Counted from the stretch's first letter, positions 27,925-38,037 are shown. The stretch is 64,000 bases of DNA from Bdellovibrio sp. (GCA_036677065.1 JAKFBS010000004.1:288001-352000); one strand, 5' to 3'. A program made the numbers and translations. The notes: generated from the sequence alone by a model not told the origin.

Positions 27925-28857
27925 TTACACTGATTTTTCAATATCGGTTAGGAGTTTTTTTAGTTCTTCCCTGACAATTTTCTCTGTGATTTCGGGAATA
28001 ATCTGCCAACAGATTTTCTCCGCCATCGAGCGCACTTCTTCGCGCACGAGCTGTTCATCGAAACGGGTTAAGGGTTTACCTTTACCGCCGTCGCTTGAAT
28101 TTTGAATTTTATTTAATGCTACCGGAGAGCTTTCAAGATAGTTTTTCAACTGGCCCTGAATTTTTGTTTCCAGCTCGTCTTCTTTATCACTTTTAACCAA
28201 AACCACTTCTTCAAATTCGCCGAAATTTTCGGTTTCGATCTGAATATCGTTAGATGGGTCATACTCTTCGGTGATGGTATGAACCGCAGGTTTGTTTTTA
28301 GTTGGTGCAGGCTTATGTTTAGTGGCCACCGGTTTCAAATCTAAAGGTTGAAAATCTTCAAGATCGTCATCGATCACTAACGAATCATTTTGGGCTTGGT
28401 TTTGTAAACGATGGCGAACCATAGTTTCAGACTCTTCAAAATCCGGAAGCGTTGGAAAATCTAATAAACCCTTTAATGGGTGAGTGTCAGTTTTTTTAAT
28501 TAGGCGATTAACGACATCACGTAAACCTTCTGTATCAAAAGGCTTTTCTAAGCGGCCATTGGCCCCAGCTTTTTGCGCAAGCTTTTCATCAAATTCCATA
28601 AAGCTACTCCACATAAGAACCACGGGAATATTTTTTAACTGAGGATGGGCTTTGATATCGCCGCACACTTCGTAGCCGTTACGTTTTGTTAAAAGAATGT
28701 CGGCAAAGATAAGCTCTGGACGAAAATCTAGCGCCACTGAAATCACATCGATTCCAGAGGGAACACTTTTTACTTCGATACCGTAATCAGAAAGTGCTAA
28801 TTGCAGAACTTTCTTAATGGTCGAGCTTTCATCAGCTAATAAGACGCGTAAGGCCAT
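27925..28857 (-). CDS. romR: RomR-like polarity response regulator
   Basis: Receiver domain (VLLADES, IFADI, LEKPF), acidic linker and RomR-type C-terminus EKICWQIIPEITEKIVREEL. Start placed at ATG 28857. Confidence 0.8.
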   Translation of the reverse strand: MALRVLLADESSTIKKVLQLALSDYGIEVKSVPSGIDVISVALDFRPELIFADILLTKRNGYEVCGDIKAHPQLKNIPVVLMWSSFMEFDEKLAQKAGANGRLEKPFDTEGLRDVVNRLIKKTDTHPLKGLLDFPTLPDFEESETMVRHRLQNQAQNDSLVIDDDLEDFQPLDLKPVATKHKPAPTKNKPAVHTITEEYDPSNDIQIETENFGEFEEVVLVKSDKEDELETKIQGQLKNYLESSPVALNKIQNSSDGGKGKPLTRFDEQLVREEVRSMAEKICWQIIPEITEKIVREELKKLLTDIEKSV

Positions 28858-28922
28858 GACTAAAGTACATATCACAATACCGCTTGAGTCAAGAGTAAGG
28901 CACAATTAAATTCGAGGAACAT

Positions 28923-30002
28923 ATGAGTCGTGTAGATCGCTATATTCTAAGTCTTTTTTGGGTGTCCTTTGCCGCAGGTTTAGTGATCTTTGTGACTTTG
29001 TTTTTAGCAACAGATGTGATGAGTAATGTTTTGCGCTTCAAGTCTGTCGATACTGGGGTTTTTCTAAGCTACTATGGTTATTTTTTGCCTGAAATTATTC
29101 ACAAAATGTTGCCGGTGGCCTCTGTTGTCGGGCTTGTATTAACAATTTCATCATTGAATAAAGGTTCAGAGCTCATTGCGTTATTTGCATCGGGTTTAAG
29201 TTTATTTCGGATCTCGCGTTGGATATTTATTTCGCTTTTAGTTGTCGGAATGATTGATTACGTGGCCAGTGATCGGTTGCTGCCGATGTTTACCAAACAG
29301 AAGAACTTCACTTTTTATAATTTCATTGAACAAAAGCCTTCGAAGTTTCAAACCATCAAAACAGATAAGATTTGGTACCGTTCGCGCAACACGATTTTTA
29401 ATATTAAAACTCTGAATGCTGAAGGAAATGTAGCCCAAGGTTTAACACTTTATTTTTTTGATGAAGCTTGGAATTTGAAACAACTTTTAACTGCAGAATC
29501 CGTTGTCTTAGAAGGTTCAAAATGGCTCTTACAAAATGGTTCGATATCGGTTTTTAGTTCTGAATCAAGTTTTCCGCTGAATGATAAATTTGAGCAAAAA
29601 ACAATCGTGATGGCCGAAGATGCTCAGGATTTACGAAGTACAGGGCAAACTTCAGATCTTTTATCGCACAGTGAACTTTCGCGTTATATTTCAAAAAACA
29701 AAGAAGCCGGCCTTGATACGGTTAAATACGAAGTCGATTACTTTTCAAAACTAAGCTTTGCCTTGGCGGGCTTGGTGATGAGTCTATTGGCATTGCCATT
29801 TTGCGTGGGGCAGGCGCGCGGTGGCGGTATGGCTAAAAACGCAGGGATTGTGCTTGGATTAGTGGTGGGCTATTGGATTGCTTATAGCTCAATGCAGACG
29901 ATGGGATATCATGGTACGGTTCCGCCCTTTGTGGCTGCCTGGGGATCGAACATTGTGATGACCGGTTTTGGGGTCTTCTTTCTCTTGCGTCTGAAAAAAT
30001 AA
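28923..30002 (+). CDS. lptG: LPS export ABC transporter permease (LptF/G family)
   Basis: VDRYI, SELIALFASGLSL, periplasmic beta region, AAWGSNI; 3+3 TM layout. Confidence 0.85.
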   Translation: MSRVDRYILSLFWVSFAAGLVIFVTLFLATDVMSNVLRFKSVDTGVFLSYYGYFLPEIIHKMLPVASVVGLVLTISSLNKGSELIALFASGLSLFRISRWIFISLLVVGMIDYVASDRLLPMFTKQKNFTFYNFIEQKPSKFQTIKTDKIWYRSRNTIFNIKTLNAEGNVAQGLTLYFFDEAWNLKQLLTAESVVLEGSKWLLQNGSISVFSSESSFPLNDKFEQKTIVMAEDAQDLRSTGQTSDLLSHSELSRYISKNKEAGLDTVKYEVDYFSKLSFALAGLVMSLLALPFCVGQARGGGMAKNAGIVLGLVVGYWIAYSSMQTMGYHGTVPPFVAAWGSNIVMTGFGVFFLLRLKK

Positions 30003-30041
30003 TTTAATACTCTCTGCCTTGCTGAAAGCGAGCATTAACAG

Positions 30042-30656
30042 ATGGCTAAACTTGAAATTTTAACATATCCAAATCCATTACTCCGCGAGGTTTCTCAACC
30101 TGTTAAGGAGTTCACTCCTGAAGTAGTGAGCAAACTAAAAAAATTAGCCGAAGACATGCTTGAAACAATGTATGATGCCAATGGCATCGGTTTAGCGGCT
30201 CCACAAGTTGGTGAATTAGTTCGCATGCTTGTTATTGATTGCCGTCCAAAAGGTGATTCTGGCCGCTACGAAATCGGCGATATGACTGAGCTTGAACAAG
30301 GTGTTACACAGCCACTAGTTTTAATTAATCCTGTTATTGTTAAAGGTGAAGGTAAAACAACTTTTGATGAAGGTTGTTTGTCTGTGCCTAGTTTTTTTGA
30401 AACGGTTGAACGTTTTGAAAAAGTCGAAGTGCAGGCTTTTGATGTAAACGGTAAAGAAGTTCGTTTTACGACAGATGGTTTATTAGCGATTGTTATTCAA
30501 CATGAGATGGATCATTTAGAAGGCACACTTTTTATTGATCACATCAGCTTTACAAAAAGTAATAAAATTAAAAATACGATCAAAAAAAGTGGCTATCCGA
30601 CAAAAGAAGAAATAGCTGAAGCACGTGATCGCAAGAAAGAGCCTGTTAAGTCATGA
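30042..30656 (+). CDS. def: Peptide deformylase
   Basis: GIGLAAPQVG, EGCLS, QHEMDHL. Confidence 0.97.
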   Translation: MAKLEILTYPNPLLREVSQPVKEFTPEVVSKLKKLAEDMLETMYDANGIGLAAPQVGELVRMLVIDCRPKGDSGRYEIGDMTELEQGVTQPLVLINPVIVKGEGKTTFDEGCLSVPSFFETVERFEKVEVQAFDVNGKEVRFTTDGLLAIVIQHEMDHLEGTLFIDHISFTKSNKIKNTIKKSGYPTKEEIAEARDRKKEPVKS

Positions 30657-31603
30657 GCGTCGTAAGAGTTTGTTTTCTTGGCACGCCAGATTTTGCAGCC
30701 AAACATTTACAAACTTTATTAAATGATGATCACTACTTGGTTGTGGGTGTGGTTACCCAACCTGATCGGCCAAGTGGCCGAAAAATGCAGCTAACACCAT
30801 CGCCGGTTAAAGAATTAGCTTTAAAAAATAATTTACCAGTACTTACTCCTGAAAATTTACGCAAAGAACCCGAAGTGTTTGAACAGATTAAATCCTGGCA
30901 AGCCGAAGTGGCTGTTGTCGTAGCTTTCGGGCAAATTTTATCGCAAGATTTTTTAGACAGTTTTGCTTTTGGCGCCGTGAATGTGCATGGCAGCTTGCTG
31001 CCTTTGTGGCGTGGGGCTGCTCCGATACAGCGATCAATTGAGGCCGGAGACACTGTCACTGGTGTGTGTTTGCAGCGTATGGTTAAACAATTAGATGCAG
31101 GCCCTGTGATCGGTGAACGCCGGGTAAAATTAGATTCAGAAATTAATGCGACTCAGCTTTATGATCGTTTAGCCGTTCTTGGCTGTGAATTATTACATGT
31201 AGAATTGATGGATTATGTTCGTGGTAATTTAGTACCTATTCCACAAGACGAATCGTTAGTGACGATAGCACCGAAAATTGCCAAAGAAGAAGCCCAGCTT
31301 GATCTGGTTCATAAATCAGCTGAATGTGTGCATAATAAAATTCGCGCGTTTTCAATGGGCCCGGGTACATTTGTAAACTTTCAGGGTAAACGTTTAAAAA
31401 TTCACAAAACCAAAGTTGAATCGCAAACTTCTTCTGTTATGGCTGGAGAAGTGGCCGTAGTGAATGATCAAGAGCTTCTGATTCAAACGGCCAAAGGGCA
31501 GTTGTCTTTGTTAGAAGTGCAACCTGAATCAAAAAACCGTATGCCTATTGCTGATTTTTTAAAATCGAACACTTTAGTTAAAGGACAAAAAATCAATGAG
31601 TAA
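30653..31603 (+). CDS. fmt: Methionyl-tRNA formyltransferase
   Basis: FLGTPDFA, VTQPDRP, NVHGSLLPLWRGAAPIQ, LDAGP. Confidence 0.97.
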   Translation: MSVVRVCFLGTPDFAAKHLQTLLNDDHYLVVGVVTQPDRPSGRKMQLTPSPVKELALKNNLPVLTPENLRKEPEVFEQIKSWQAEVAVVVAFGQILSQDFLDSFAFGAVNVHGSLLPLWRGAAPIQRSIEAGDTVTGVCLQRMVKQLDAGPVIGERRVKLDSEINATQLYDRLAVLGCELLHVELMDYVRGNLVPIPQDESLVTIAPKIAKEEAQLDLVHKSAECVHNKIRAFSMGPGTFVNFQGKRLKIHKTKVESQTSSVMAGEVAVVNDQELLIQTAKGQLSLLEVQPESKNRMPIADFLKSNTLVKGQKINE

Positions 31604-32255
31604 AAAACTAATCGCACCTAGTTTATTGTCTTCTGATTTTGCGGATTTAAAAACCGAGATCGCTAAAGTCACTGAAGCGGGTGCGCACTTACTTCATGTT
31701 GATGTAATGGATGGGCACTTTGTGCCGAATTTAACGATCGGTATGCCTGTCGTTAAAGCCATTAAAGGGGCCTCAAAACTTCCGCTTGATGTGCATTTGA
31801 TGATTGATAGCCCTGAAAAATATATCGAAGAATTTGCCAAAGCTGGTTCTGATTATTTAACAATTCATGTCGAATCAACGGCGACAGTTAAAGACTGTTT
31901 ACTGCAGATTCGTAAACTTAAGATGAAGCCAGGCATTACATTGCGTCCAAAAACCAAACTAGATGAAATTAAGCCCTTTTTAGCACTGGTAGATTTAGTT
32001 TTAATTATGACTGTCGAGCCTGGTTTTGGCGGACAAAGTTTTATGCATGACCAATTAGAAAAAGTGTCATGGTTAAAGAGTTACCGTGATAAAAACCATT
32101 TAAGTTATTTGATTGAAATTGATGGTGGCGTGAACGAACAAACGGCGCAACTTTGCTGGGAAGCAGGCGCTGACGTATTAGTCGCTGGCAGCGCGGTTTT
32201 CACAGGTGAAAAGTCGGTAGATAATTACCGAAAAAACATTCAAAAACTTATATAA
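31596..32255 (+). CDS. rpe: Ribulose-phosphate 3-epimerase
   Basis: IAPSLLS, HVDVMDGHFVPN, DVHLM, MTVEPGFGGQ, IDGGVN. Confidence 0.97.
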   Translation: MSKKLIAPSLLSSDFADLKTEIAKVTEAGAHLLHVDVMDGHFVPNLTIGMPVVKAIKGASKLPLDVHLMIDSPEKYIEEFAKAGSDYLTIHVESTATVKDCLLQIRKLKMKPGITLRPKTKLDEIKPFLALVDLVLIMTVEPGFGGQSFMHDQLEKVSWLKSYRDKNHLSYLIEIDGGVNEQTAQLCWEAGADVLVAGSAVFTGEKSVDNYRKNIQKLI

Positions 32256-32280
32256 ATACATTTATTAAGAGTTCTTAATT

Positions 32281-32294
32281 GGAGCGATCTTTGC
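32281..32294 (+). promoter_or_regulatory. sigma54 -24/-12 promoter candidate
   Basis: ttGGAGCGATCTTTGCt (GG-N10-GC), 14 bp before the ATG at 32309. Confidence 0.6.
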
Positions 32295-32308
32295 TTTTAC
32301 TATAAAGC

Positions 32309-33946
32309 ATGAGATTGTTTGCGGCGAAATCAACTACAGCAATTGTGACACTAATTGTGATGGCTATTGTAAGCCTGGGTGTTAGCGTAAATGCGCGCCC
32401 AAGTCTGCAATGCATGCAGCTGTTTGATTATGAGACACCAGAAGCCCGGTTTGAATTTATTCCTGAAAATGCAAGGCTGACTCGCAAATCAGAGTCTATC
32501 TTTGTTGATTATGTTTTTAATGTTAACGGTTATCCGCGCTTAAAAACGACAGAACTTGCCATGGATTATTCAGACGTGATCGATGCTAATTTACAGAGTG
32601 GCCGCGAATTTTTGAACTCAATTTTAACGAATAAAAAATTTCATAAACCGAACGGAAGCTACATTTTTATTGATGTTAACAATCTGGGTTGGGTAAATAA
32701 AAACTTTCATGATAAAACTCAGGCCGGTGATTCATATCTGTATAAAACTATTGATGCAATTCAGGCGGTCATAGGTGATAAAGGATTAGTTTTTCGTCTT
32801 GGTGGTGATGAATTTGGTATTGTCTTAGAAACCAAAGCGCCAGAAGAAGTGCAAAACATTATGCAAAATCTGCAGCGTGAAATACATGCTAAAGCGCATT
32901 CTGTTTTTTTGGCAGAAACAAAAAGACGGGTTGCTGACTTTCGGGCGATTTACCAAAAGCGCAAAGACGACGAGATTAGTGAAGCCGAATATCAAGCGGC
33001 TCTTCAAGAATTCAGAACTTATACGTCTTATTCGCAAGAAGGTGTTTCAATGGGAGCAGCTTATATTGACGGAAGCCCCCCTGCAGATATTCAAAATCGC
33101 GCAGAAAAAATGGCCGTTGAAATGAAAATTAAAATTAAACAGGCTTTTAATCTCGATACGGCTAAATACACCGGCGGCTTAAATCTATCAGATTCTACTC
33201 ATCGGATAAAGACAGGCTTCAGGCCTGAAATTCCAGTGATCATGTCGCGACCTGAATTTGATCAAACTTACCCGCAAGCCTTTAAATCTGATACTTTGCG
33301 AGTTAAAGATCGCCCCATGTGGTTTTCGACAGTACCCCTGGTGCAATCGCACCGCGCTCAGGAAGTCTTTCGCCTTGGGCAAATGGGAATCGGTAAATAT
33401 AAAAACGAACTTAAGTCTGAAGAGTATCGTTTAGAGTATTACAATATTAGCGGAAAAAAAATTGAGCAAACCAGGCCCATCGAAGTAAATACAAATACGG
33501 GTTTTATGGATGCCAGATCACAAGGTGCTAAAATTGTAATTAATCATTTTCTGAAACGCACCGAGCGCCTTGATGCTAATAATGGAACAATTTGGGTAAG
33601 TTTATTAAATTTAGGAAAATTAAATTATTTTCATCGTAAAACTGAAACCGGTGATTTGGCTTTAGGCCTTGCTGCACGGGCTATTGAAAAAGAACTTGTC
33701 GGCAATCATGTTGCATTTAAATATAATGGTTCAGATTTTTTCATTTTAGCGATAGGAATGACTAAGCAAGAAATCACAGATTACAAAAAAGTTTTAGAAA
33801 CAAAACTAAATTCAAACACCTTCGTAGATAAAATCTTCTTACAAGAAATTGAATACATTGAACGTACTGAAAGCGATTTCGAGTTACGTAAAACCAAAAT
33901 CGAAGAGATAAAAAAACTAATGGCGCAGAAATTTAAAGTTTTCTAA
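32309..33946 (+). CDS. Tandem GGDEF-domain protein (one intact, one degenerate) with N-terminal signal peptide or anchor
   Basis: Domain 1: FIDVNNLGWVN...AGD...FRLGGDEF...VSMGAA. Domain 2: WVSLLNLGKLN...TGD...FKYNGSDF. Confidence 0.78.
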   Translation: MRLFAAKSTTAIVTLIVMAIVSLGVSVNARPSLQCMQLFDYETPEARFEFIPENARLTRKSESIFVDYVFNVNGYPRLKTTELAMDYSDVIDANLQSGREFLNSILTNKKFHKPNGSYIFIDVNNLGWVNKNFHDKTQAGDSYLYKTIDAIQAVIGDKGLVFRLGGDEFGIVLETKAPEEVQNIMQNLQREIHAKAHSVFLAETKRRVADFRAIYQKRKDDEISEAEYQAALQEFRTYTSYSQEGVSMGAAYIDGSPPADIQNRAEKMAVEMKIKIKQAFNLDTAKYTGGLNLSDSTHRIKTGFRPEIPVIMSRPEFDQTYPQAFKSDTLRVKDRPMWFSTVPLVQSHRAQEVFRLGQMGIGKYKNELKSEEYRLEYYNISGKKIEQTRPIEVNTNTGFMDARSQGAKIVINHFLKRTERLDANNGTIWVSLLNLGKLNYFHRKTETGDLALGLAARAIEKELVGNHVAFKYNGSDFFILAIGMTKQEITDYKKVLETKLNSNTFVDKIFLQEIEYIERTESDFELRKTKIEEIKKLMAQKFKVF

Positions 33947-33947
33947 G

Positions 33948-35276
33948 TTATTCTACGACGCGAAATAAAGTTTCCATTTCAACTGAAGTCATCTGATATT
34001 CATTTTCAAAAACTCTGCTGATCACTTCAGGTGGGTTTTTGCTCGTTTGGCGTAAGCAAATTAAAGATTGATTAATCAATTCTATGCGTGGTGTTGAATC
34101 ACTGAGCGGCGAACAAAAAACACCTTCAAAAGAGCTGCGTAAATGCGAATAAAGTTCTGTAGAATATTTTTTTGAAACAATATCTAACCACTGTGCATAA
34201 GAAAAGCTTTCGCCAGTGCGCTCTGGGCGCAGTCCAATCGCCGAGTTTGAATAATCATGCGAAGATTCACGCGCTGTTTGGTGATAAGTATTTTGATAAC
34301 GTGGGATGCGATCATCACCGGCAATCATACTTAAACCAGCATTCACTTCTTGAGTGATCACCGTTGCGTAATAAGGATAACTGCGGCTTTCGTTGACCGT
34401 TTTCGTGGTGCCGTCAGAAAGTTTTGTAACAACTGGTTCAGAGTAATGGTGCGTGCGGTATTCTTTAAAGCGATTTTCGTTAAACTGGTAATTACCAGTT
34501 GTTGTAAACTCTAAAGATTTTTGTGAGTTTTTGTCAAACCAGCCAGTTTTGACAAATTGTTCATTGGTGTTTTTATCTAAAGTCTGAATTAAAGCTACTG
34601 GCAGAGGAGTCTGAAACTGATCTTTAGTAAGGATGGTAATGTCTTCGTAAAGCGGAGAATTCGCTTTGGCAATCGAGGCTTTTTGAGAGGCGTAACTACA
34701 CCATTTGGCAATCAGCTGATTGTAGAAATAAGTTTTACTCGAAGTCGTGCTGCTTTTTTCTAAACAGAATTTTTTTGCATGAGTTTTGGCATCGTTAAAA
34801 GCCAGATCAAAAGTTTTACGGCGAGATTCTGGAAATAAAATTTTATATCTTTCGATTAAATATAAAACGCGTAAATGGCGCTGGCGTTGGTTAAGACTAT
34901 AAACTTCAGAACGCAAAGTTTTGTAGGCTTCATCGGCTTCTTCACTTTGTGTAAAGGCCACAGCTCCTGTTGGAAACAGGCCCCATGTATTTTCGCGCTC
35001 GATGGTTTTGCGTAAAAGTTCTAAGCTTTCTTGGTTGTTGTTGGCCAAACGGGCCATGCGCACGCGGATTAAAGTCTGATCAATGACTCCTTCACGAGCT
35101 TTTTTTAAGCCTACTTGGTAATCACTGTCTTTAGGGTCTTTGATGACAAGCTCATCCATAATGACCAGAGCTTCATCAAAATTACGTTCTGCCATCAAAT
35201 TTTGGGCTTTTTTAAACTGGGTTGTGCATGAAGTGGCTACAAATAGAACAAAGGTCAAAGCTGTTAGATTTTTCAT
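33948..35276 (-). CDS. Lipoprotein with N-terminal TPR-like helices
   Basis: Lipobox ATSC; KKAQNLMAERNFDEAL helical repeat. Confidence 0.65.
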   Translation of the reverse strand: MKNLTALTFVLFVATSCTTQFKKAQNLMAERNFDEALVIMDELVIKDPKDSDYQVGLKKAREGVIDQTLIRVRMARLANNNQESLELLRKTIERENTWGLFPTGAVAFTQSEEADEAYKTLRSEVYSLNQRQRHLRVLYLIERYKILFPESRRKTFDLAFNDAKTHAKKFCLEKSSTTSSKTYFYNQLIAKWCSYASQKASIAKANSPLYEDITILTKDQFQTPLPVALIQTLDKNTNEQFVKTGWFDKNSQKSLEFTTTGNYQFNENRFKEYRTHHYSEPVVTKLSDGTTKTVNESRSYPYYATVITQEVNAGLSMIAGDDRIPRYQNTYHQTARESSHDYSNSAIGLRPERTGESFSYAQWLDIVSKKYSTELYSHLRSSFEGVFCSPLSDSTPRIELINQSLICLRQTSKNPPEVISRVFENEYQMTSVEMETLFRVVE

Positions 35277-35369
35277 CGAAATTCCTTATGCTAATAGGGT
35301 AATCGTTATGAGCTGAAAAGCGCAATTCTAATGCTTGGCATCCTGCGCCGAAGTGTGTGATTCGAGTCT

Positions 35370-35385
35370 CGACTCTACAGAGTCG
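35370..35385. promoter_or_regulatory. Perfect palindrome inside the predicted hutH promoter (operator candidate)
   Basis: CGACTCT-AC-AGAGTCG within TCGACT-N17-TAATAT-N7-ATG. Confidence 0.45.
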
Positions 35386-35404
35386 TTTGGGTAATATTCT
35401 GCCT

Positions 35405-36913
35405 ATGAAAAAATTTGTAATTGATGGAAAATCGATCACCCTAAATTCGTTGTATTCTATGGTTTATGAAGCCGGCACTTTTGAGCTATCAGCAGACGCC
35501 AAAGCTGAAATTAAAAAATCTCGCGATTACATCGAAGGCCGTATTCAAAAAGGTGAAGTGATGTATGGAGTTAACACAGGCTTTGGAGCTTTTTCTTCAG
35601 TTCGAATTTCAGATTCTCAAATTGAACAACTTCAAGTAAATCTGATTCGTTCACATTCTGTCGGCATCGGCGAACCGTTCACCAAAGAACAATCTAAAGC
35701 GATGATGATTTTACGTGCTAATACTTTAGCACGTGGTTTTAGCGGTATCCGTCTTGAAACTGTAGAAAAGATTTTAGAATTTTTAAACAATGATTTAATT
35801 CCAGTTATTCCTTCACAGGGTTCTGTTGGGGCCAGCGGAGACTTAGCCCCGTTATCACATTTAGCTTTAGCTTTAATTGGTGAAGGTGAAATCTGGGGTG
35901 GAAGCTACAAAAGCATTACGCCATTGGTATTAAAAGCCAAAGAAGGTTTATCGTTAATCAACGGTTGCCAAGTGATGACCGCGGTTGGAATGTTAGCCCT
36001 TTACGATGCGAAACAATTATTAAAAATTGCCGATATTTCTGGGGCTTCTTCGTTAGAAGGTCTTCGCGGTTCGCGTAAACCTTTTGATCCCCTAATAGCA
36101 GCAACTCGTCCGCATTACGGCGAAGCGCCGACAGCGAAAAACTTATTGCGCGTGATGGGTGAAAAATCTGAAATTTCTGAATCGCATGCTGAAAATGATC
36201 CACGTGTACAGGATGCTTATTCGCTTCGTTGTATGCCAGCCGTTCATGGCGCAGCTAAAATGGCGCTTGAATACTGTGAACGTGTATTAACAACCGAAGC
36301 AAATTCTGCAACAGACAATCCATTAGTATTCGCTGACGCGGGTAAAATTTTATCATGCGGTAATTTTCATGGTATGCCAGTTGCGCATGCGATGGATTTC
36401 GCAGCTATTGCGGTTTCATCATTAGCCAGTATTTCGCACGAACGTATTTCTAAATTTATCTCGACACAAATGTCAGAACTTCCGCCGTTCTTAGCGCCTA
36501 ATGGTGGTTTGAATTCAGGTCATATGATTGTGCAAGTGGCCTCAGCCAGTTTAGTCAGTGAAAATAAAGTATTGGCTCATCCGGCCAGCGTGGATTCAAT
36601 GCCGACTTCAGCTGAAAAAGAAGACCATGTGTCTATGGGTACAATTGCGGCTCGTAAATTTGCTAAAGTCGTTGAAAATGCGCAAAATGTTTTTGCCATG
36701 GAATTCTTATCAGCGACGCAAGCCTTAGATATGATAGCTCCGCTTAAGCCTGCTGACGGCGTAAAAGTGGCTTTCGATACAATTCGCTCTGAAGTACCTT
36801 TCGCCAGAGAAGATCGTATTTTTGCAAAAGATGTTGCTAAAATCAAAGCGATGATTATTTCTGGAAAAATCGTCAAAGCGGTTGAAGCTGAAATCGGAGA
36901 GCTGTCATGCTAA
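35405..36913 (+). CDS. hutH: Histidine ammonia-lyase
   Basis: YGVNTGFG, GSVGASGDLAPL (MIO), KEGLSLING, VQDAYSLRC, GNFHG, EDHVSMG. Start placed at ATG 35405. Confidence 0.96.
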   Translation: MKKFVIDGKSITLNSLYSMVYEAGTFELSADAKAEIKKSRDYIEGRIQKGEVMYGVNTGFGAFSSVRISDSQIEQLQVNLIRSHSVGIGEPFTKEQSKAMMILRANTLARGFSGIRLETVEKILEFLNNDLIPVIPSQGSVGASGDLAPLSHLALALIGEGEIWGGSYKSITPLVLKAKEGLSLINGCQVMTAVGMLALYDAKQLLKIADISGASSLEGLRGSRKPFDPLIAATRPHYGEAPTAKNLLRVMGEKSEISESHAENDPRVQDAYSLRCMPAVHGAAKMALEYCERVLTTEANSATDNPLVFADAGKILSCGNFHGMPVAHAMDFAAIAVSSLASISHERISKFISTQMSELPPFLAPNGGLNSGHMIVQVASASLVSENKVLAHPASVDSMPTSAEKEDHVSMGTIAARKFAKVVENAQNVFAMEFLSATQALDMIAPLKPADGVKVAFDTIRSEVPFAREDRIFAKDVAKIKAMIISGKIVKAVEAEIGELSC

Positions 36914-38037
36914 AATGGATTTTTGGGTTATCGATATTAGGACAAACTGTTGTTGCAAGTTCGATGAATGAGATTCTTACAGCTCAGTATCTAAAGAAGA
37001 AAAAAGCCTTTATTTATTCACCGTTAAGCCTTGATGTCGCGTTATCAATGACGGCTGAAGGATCAGCGGGTGAAACTCGTAAGCAATTTAAAAAGATTTT
37101 AAAATTACCGAATGCTGAAATTTATAAAAAGCTTAATGTAAAAGCGGCTGAGTATGATTTCGTATCAGCGCAAAAAGTTTGGGTTAAAGCTGATTATCCT
37201 TTACTGGCATCATTTGAAAAGACTTTAAAAGAAGATTACCAATCAACTATTGAAAGAGCCGACTTTGCAACAGATCCTGCGGCTACGGCAAAGGTGATCA
37301 ATAAGTGGGTTGAAGAAAAAACAAAAGATAAAATCAAAGACTTGGTTCCGGTCAGTGCTTTAACGTCGTTGACTCGATTGGTGCTGGTTAATGCAGTTTA
37401 CTTCAAAGCAAAGTGGCTTTCTGAATTCGATGCGAATTCAACTCAAGAACAAGAATTTAAAACTGCGACGAAGGCTAACATTAAAGTTGATATGATGTTC
37501 AAGAAATTTCAAAGTTTAGAATTTTTTGAAGGCAAAGGCTTTTCTGCAATTAAACTTCCGTACCAGGGTGATGACATCAGTTTTGTCGTATTTTTGCCAA
37601 AAACAGTTGGTGGTGAATTTGACAAGAATTTCTTAAAAAATATTTTAGCAGTTAAAGATTCAGATTATCAACAGCCGGCGGTGAATGTTTATTTACCAAA
37701 ATTTAAATCAGAATTTTCGACTGAAGTTGAAAAAGATTTACAAGTGGCGGGATTAACTCTTCCGTTTGAAAAAGCGAAAGCAGATTTTTCATTAATGTCT
37801 CCGTTGGTAAAACAAAATCCGGAAGAAAACCTGTATATCAGTAAAATTTTTCATAAAGCTTTTGTTGAAGTTGGTGAAAAAGGAACTGAAGCAGCCGCCG
37901 CCAGTGCGGTAGTGATGGCAGCGATGGGCGCGGCTATGCCAATCGACAAACCAAAAGAGTTTAAAGCTGACCATCCGTTTTTATATTTTATTAAACAAAA
38001 AGATAAAATTTTATTTGTCGGTTATTTTACCAAGTAG
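36907..38037 (+). CDS. Serpin (serine protease inhibitor)
   Basis: YSPLSL, INKWVEEKT..KI, LVLVNAVYFKAKW, LPY, LPKFK, hinge EKGTEAAAAS, FKADHPFLYFI. Confidence 0.95.
   Translation: MLKWIFGLSILGQTVVASSMNEILTAQYLKKKKAFIYSPLSLDVALSMTAEGSAGETRKQFKKILKLPNAEIYKKLNVKAAEYDFVSAQKVWVKADYPLLASFEKTLKEDYQSTIERADFATDPAATAKVINKWVEEKTKDKIKDLVPVSALTSLTRLVLVNAVYFKAKWLSEFDANSTQEQEFKTATKANIKVDMMFKKFQSLEFFEGKGFSAIKLPYQGDDISFVVFLPKTVGGEFDKNFLKNILAVKDSDYQQPAVNVYLPKFKSEFSTEVEKDLQVAGLTLPFEKAKADFSLMSPLVKQNPEENLYISKIFHKAFVEVGEKGTEAAAASAVVMAAMGAAMPIDKPKEFKADHPFLYFIKQKDKILFVGYFTK

Noticed and set aside
32309..33946. Cas10/mCpol-like cyclase of a defence system (DVNNLG motif, two palm domains)
   Set aside because: The motif is GGDEF rather than GGDD, there is no HD domain, and no cas or CARF neighbours are present.
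35322..35335. sigma54 promoter for the 33948-35276 lipoprotein
   Set aside because: Reads AG-N10-GC; the near-invariant GG is broken, so it was not counted.
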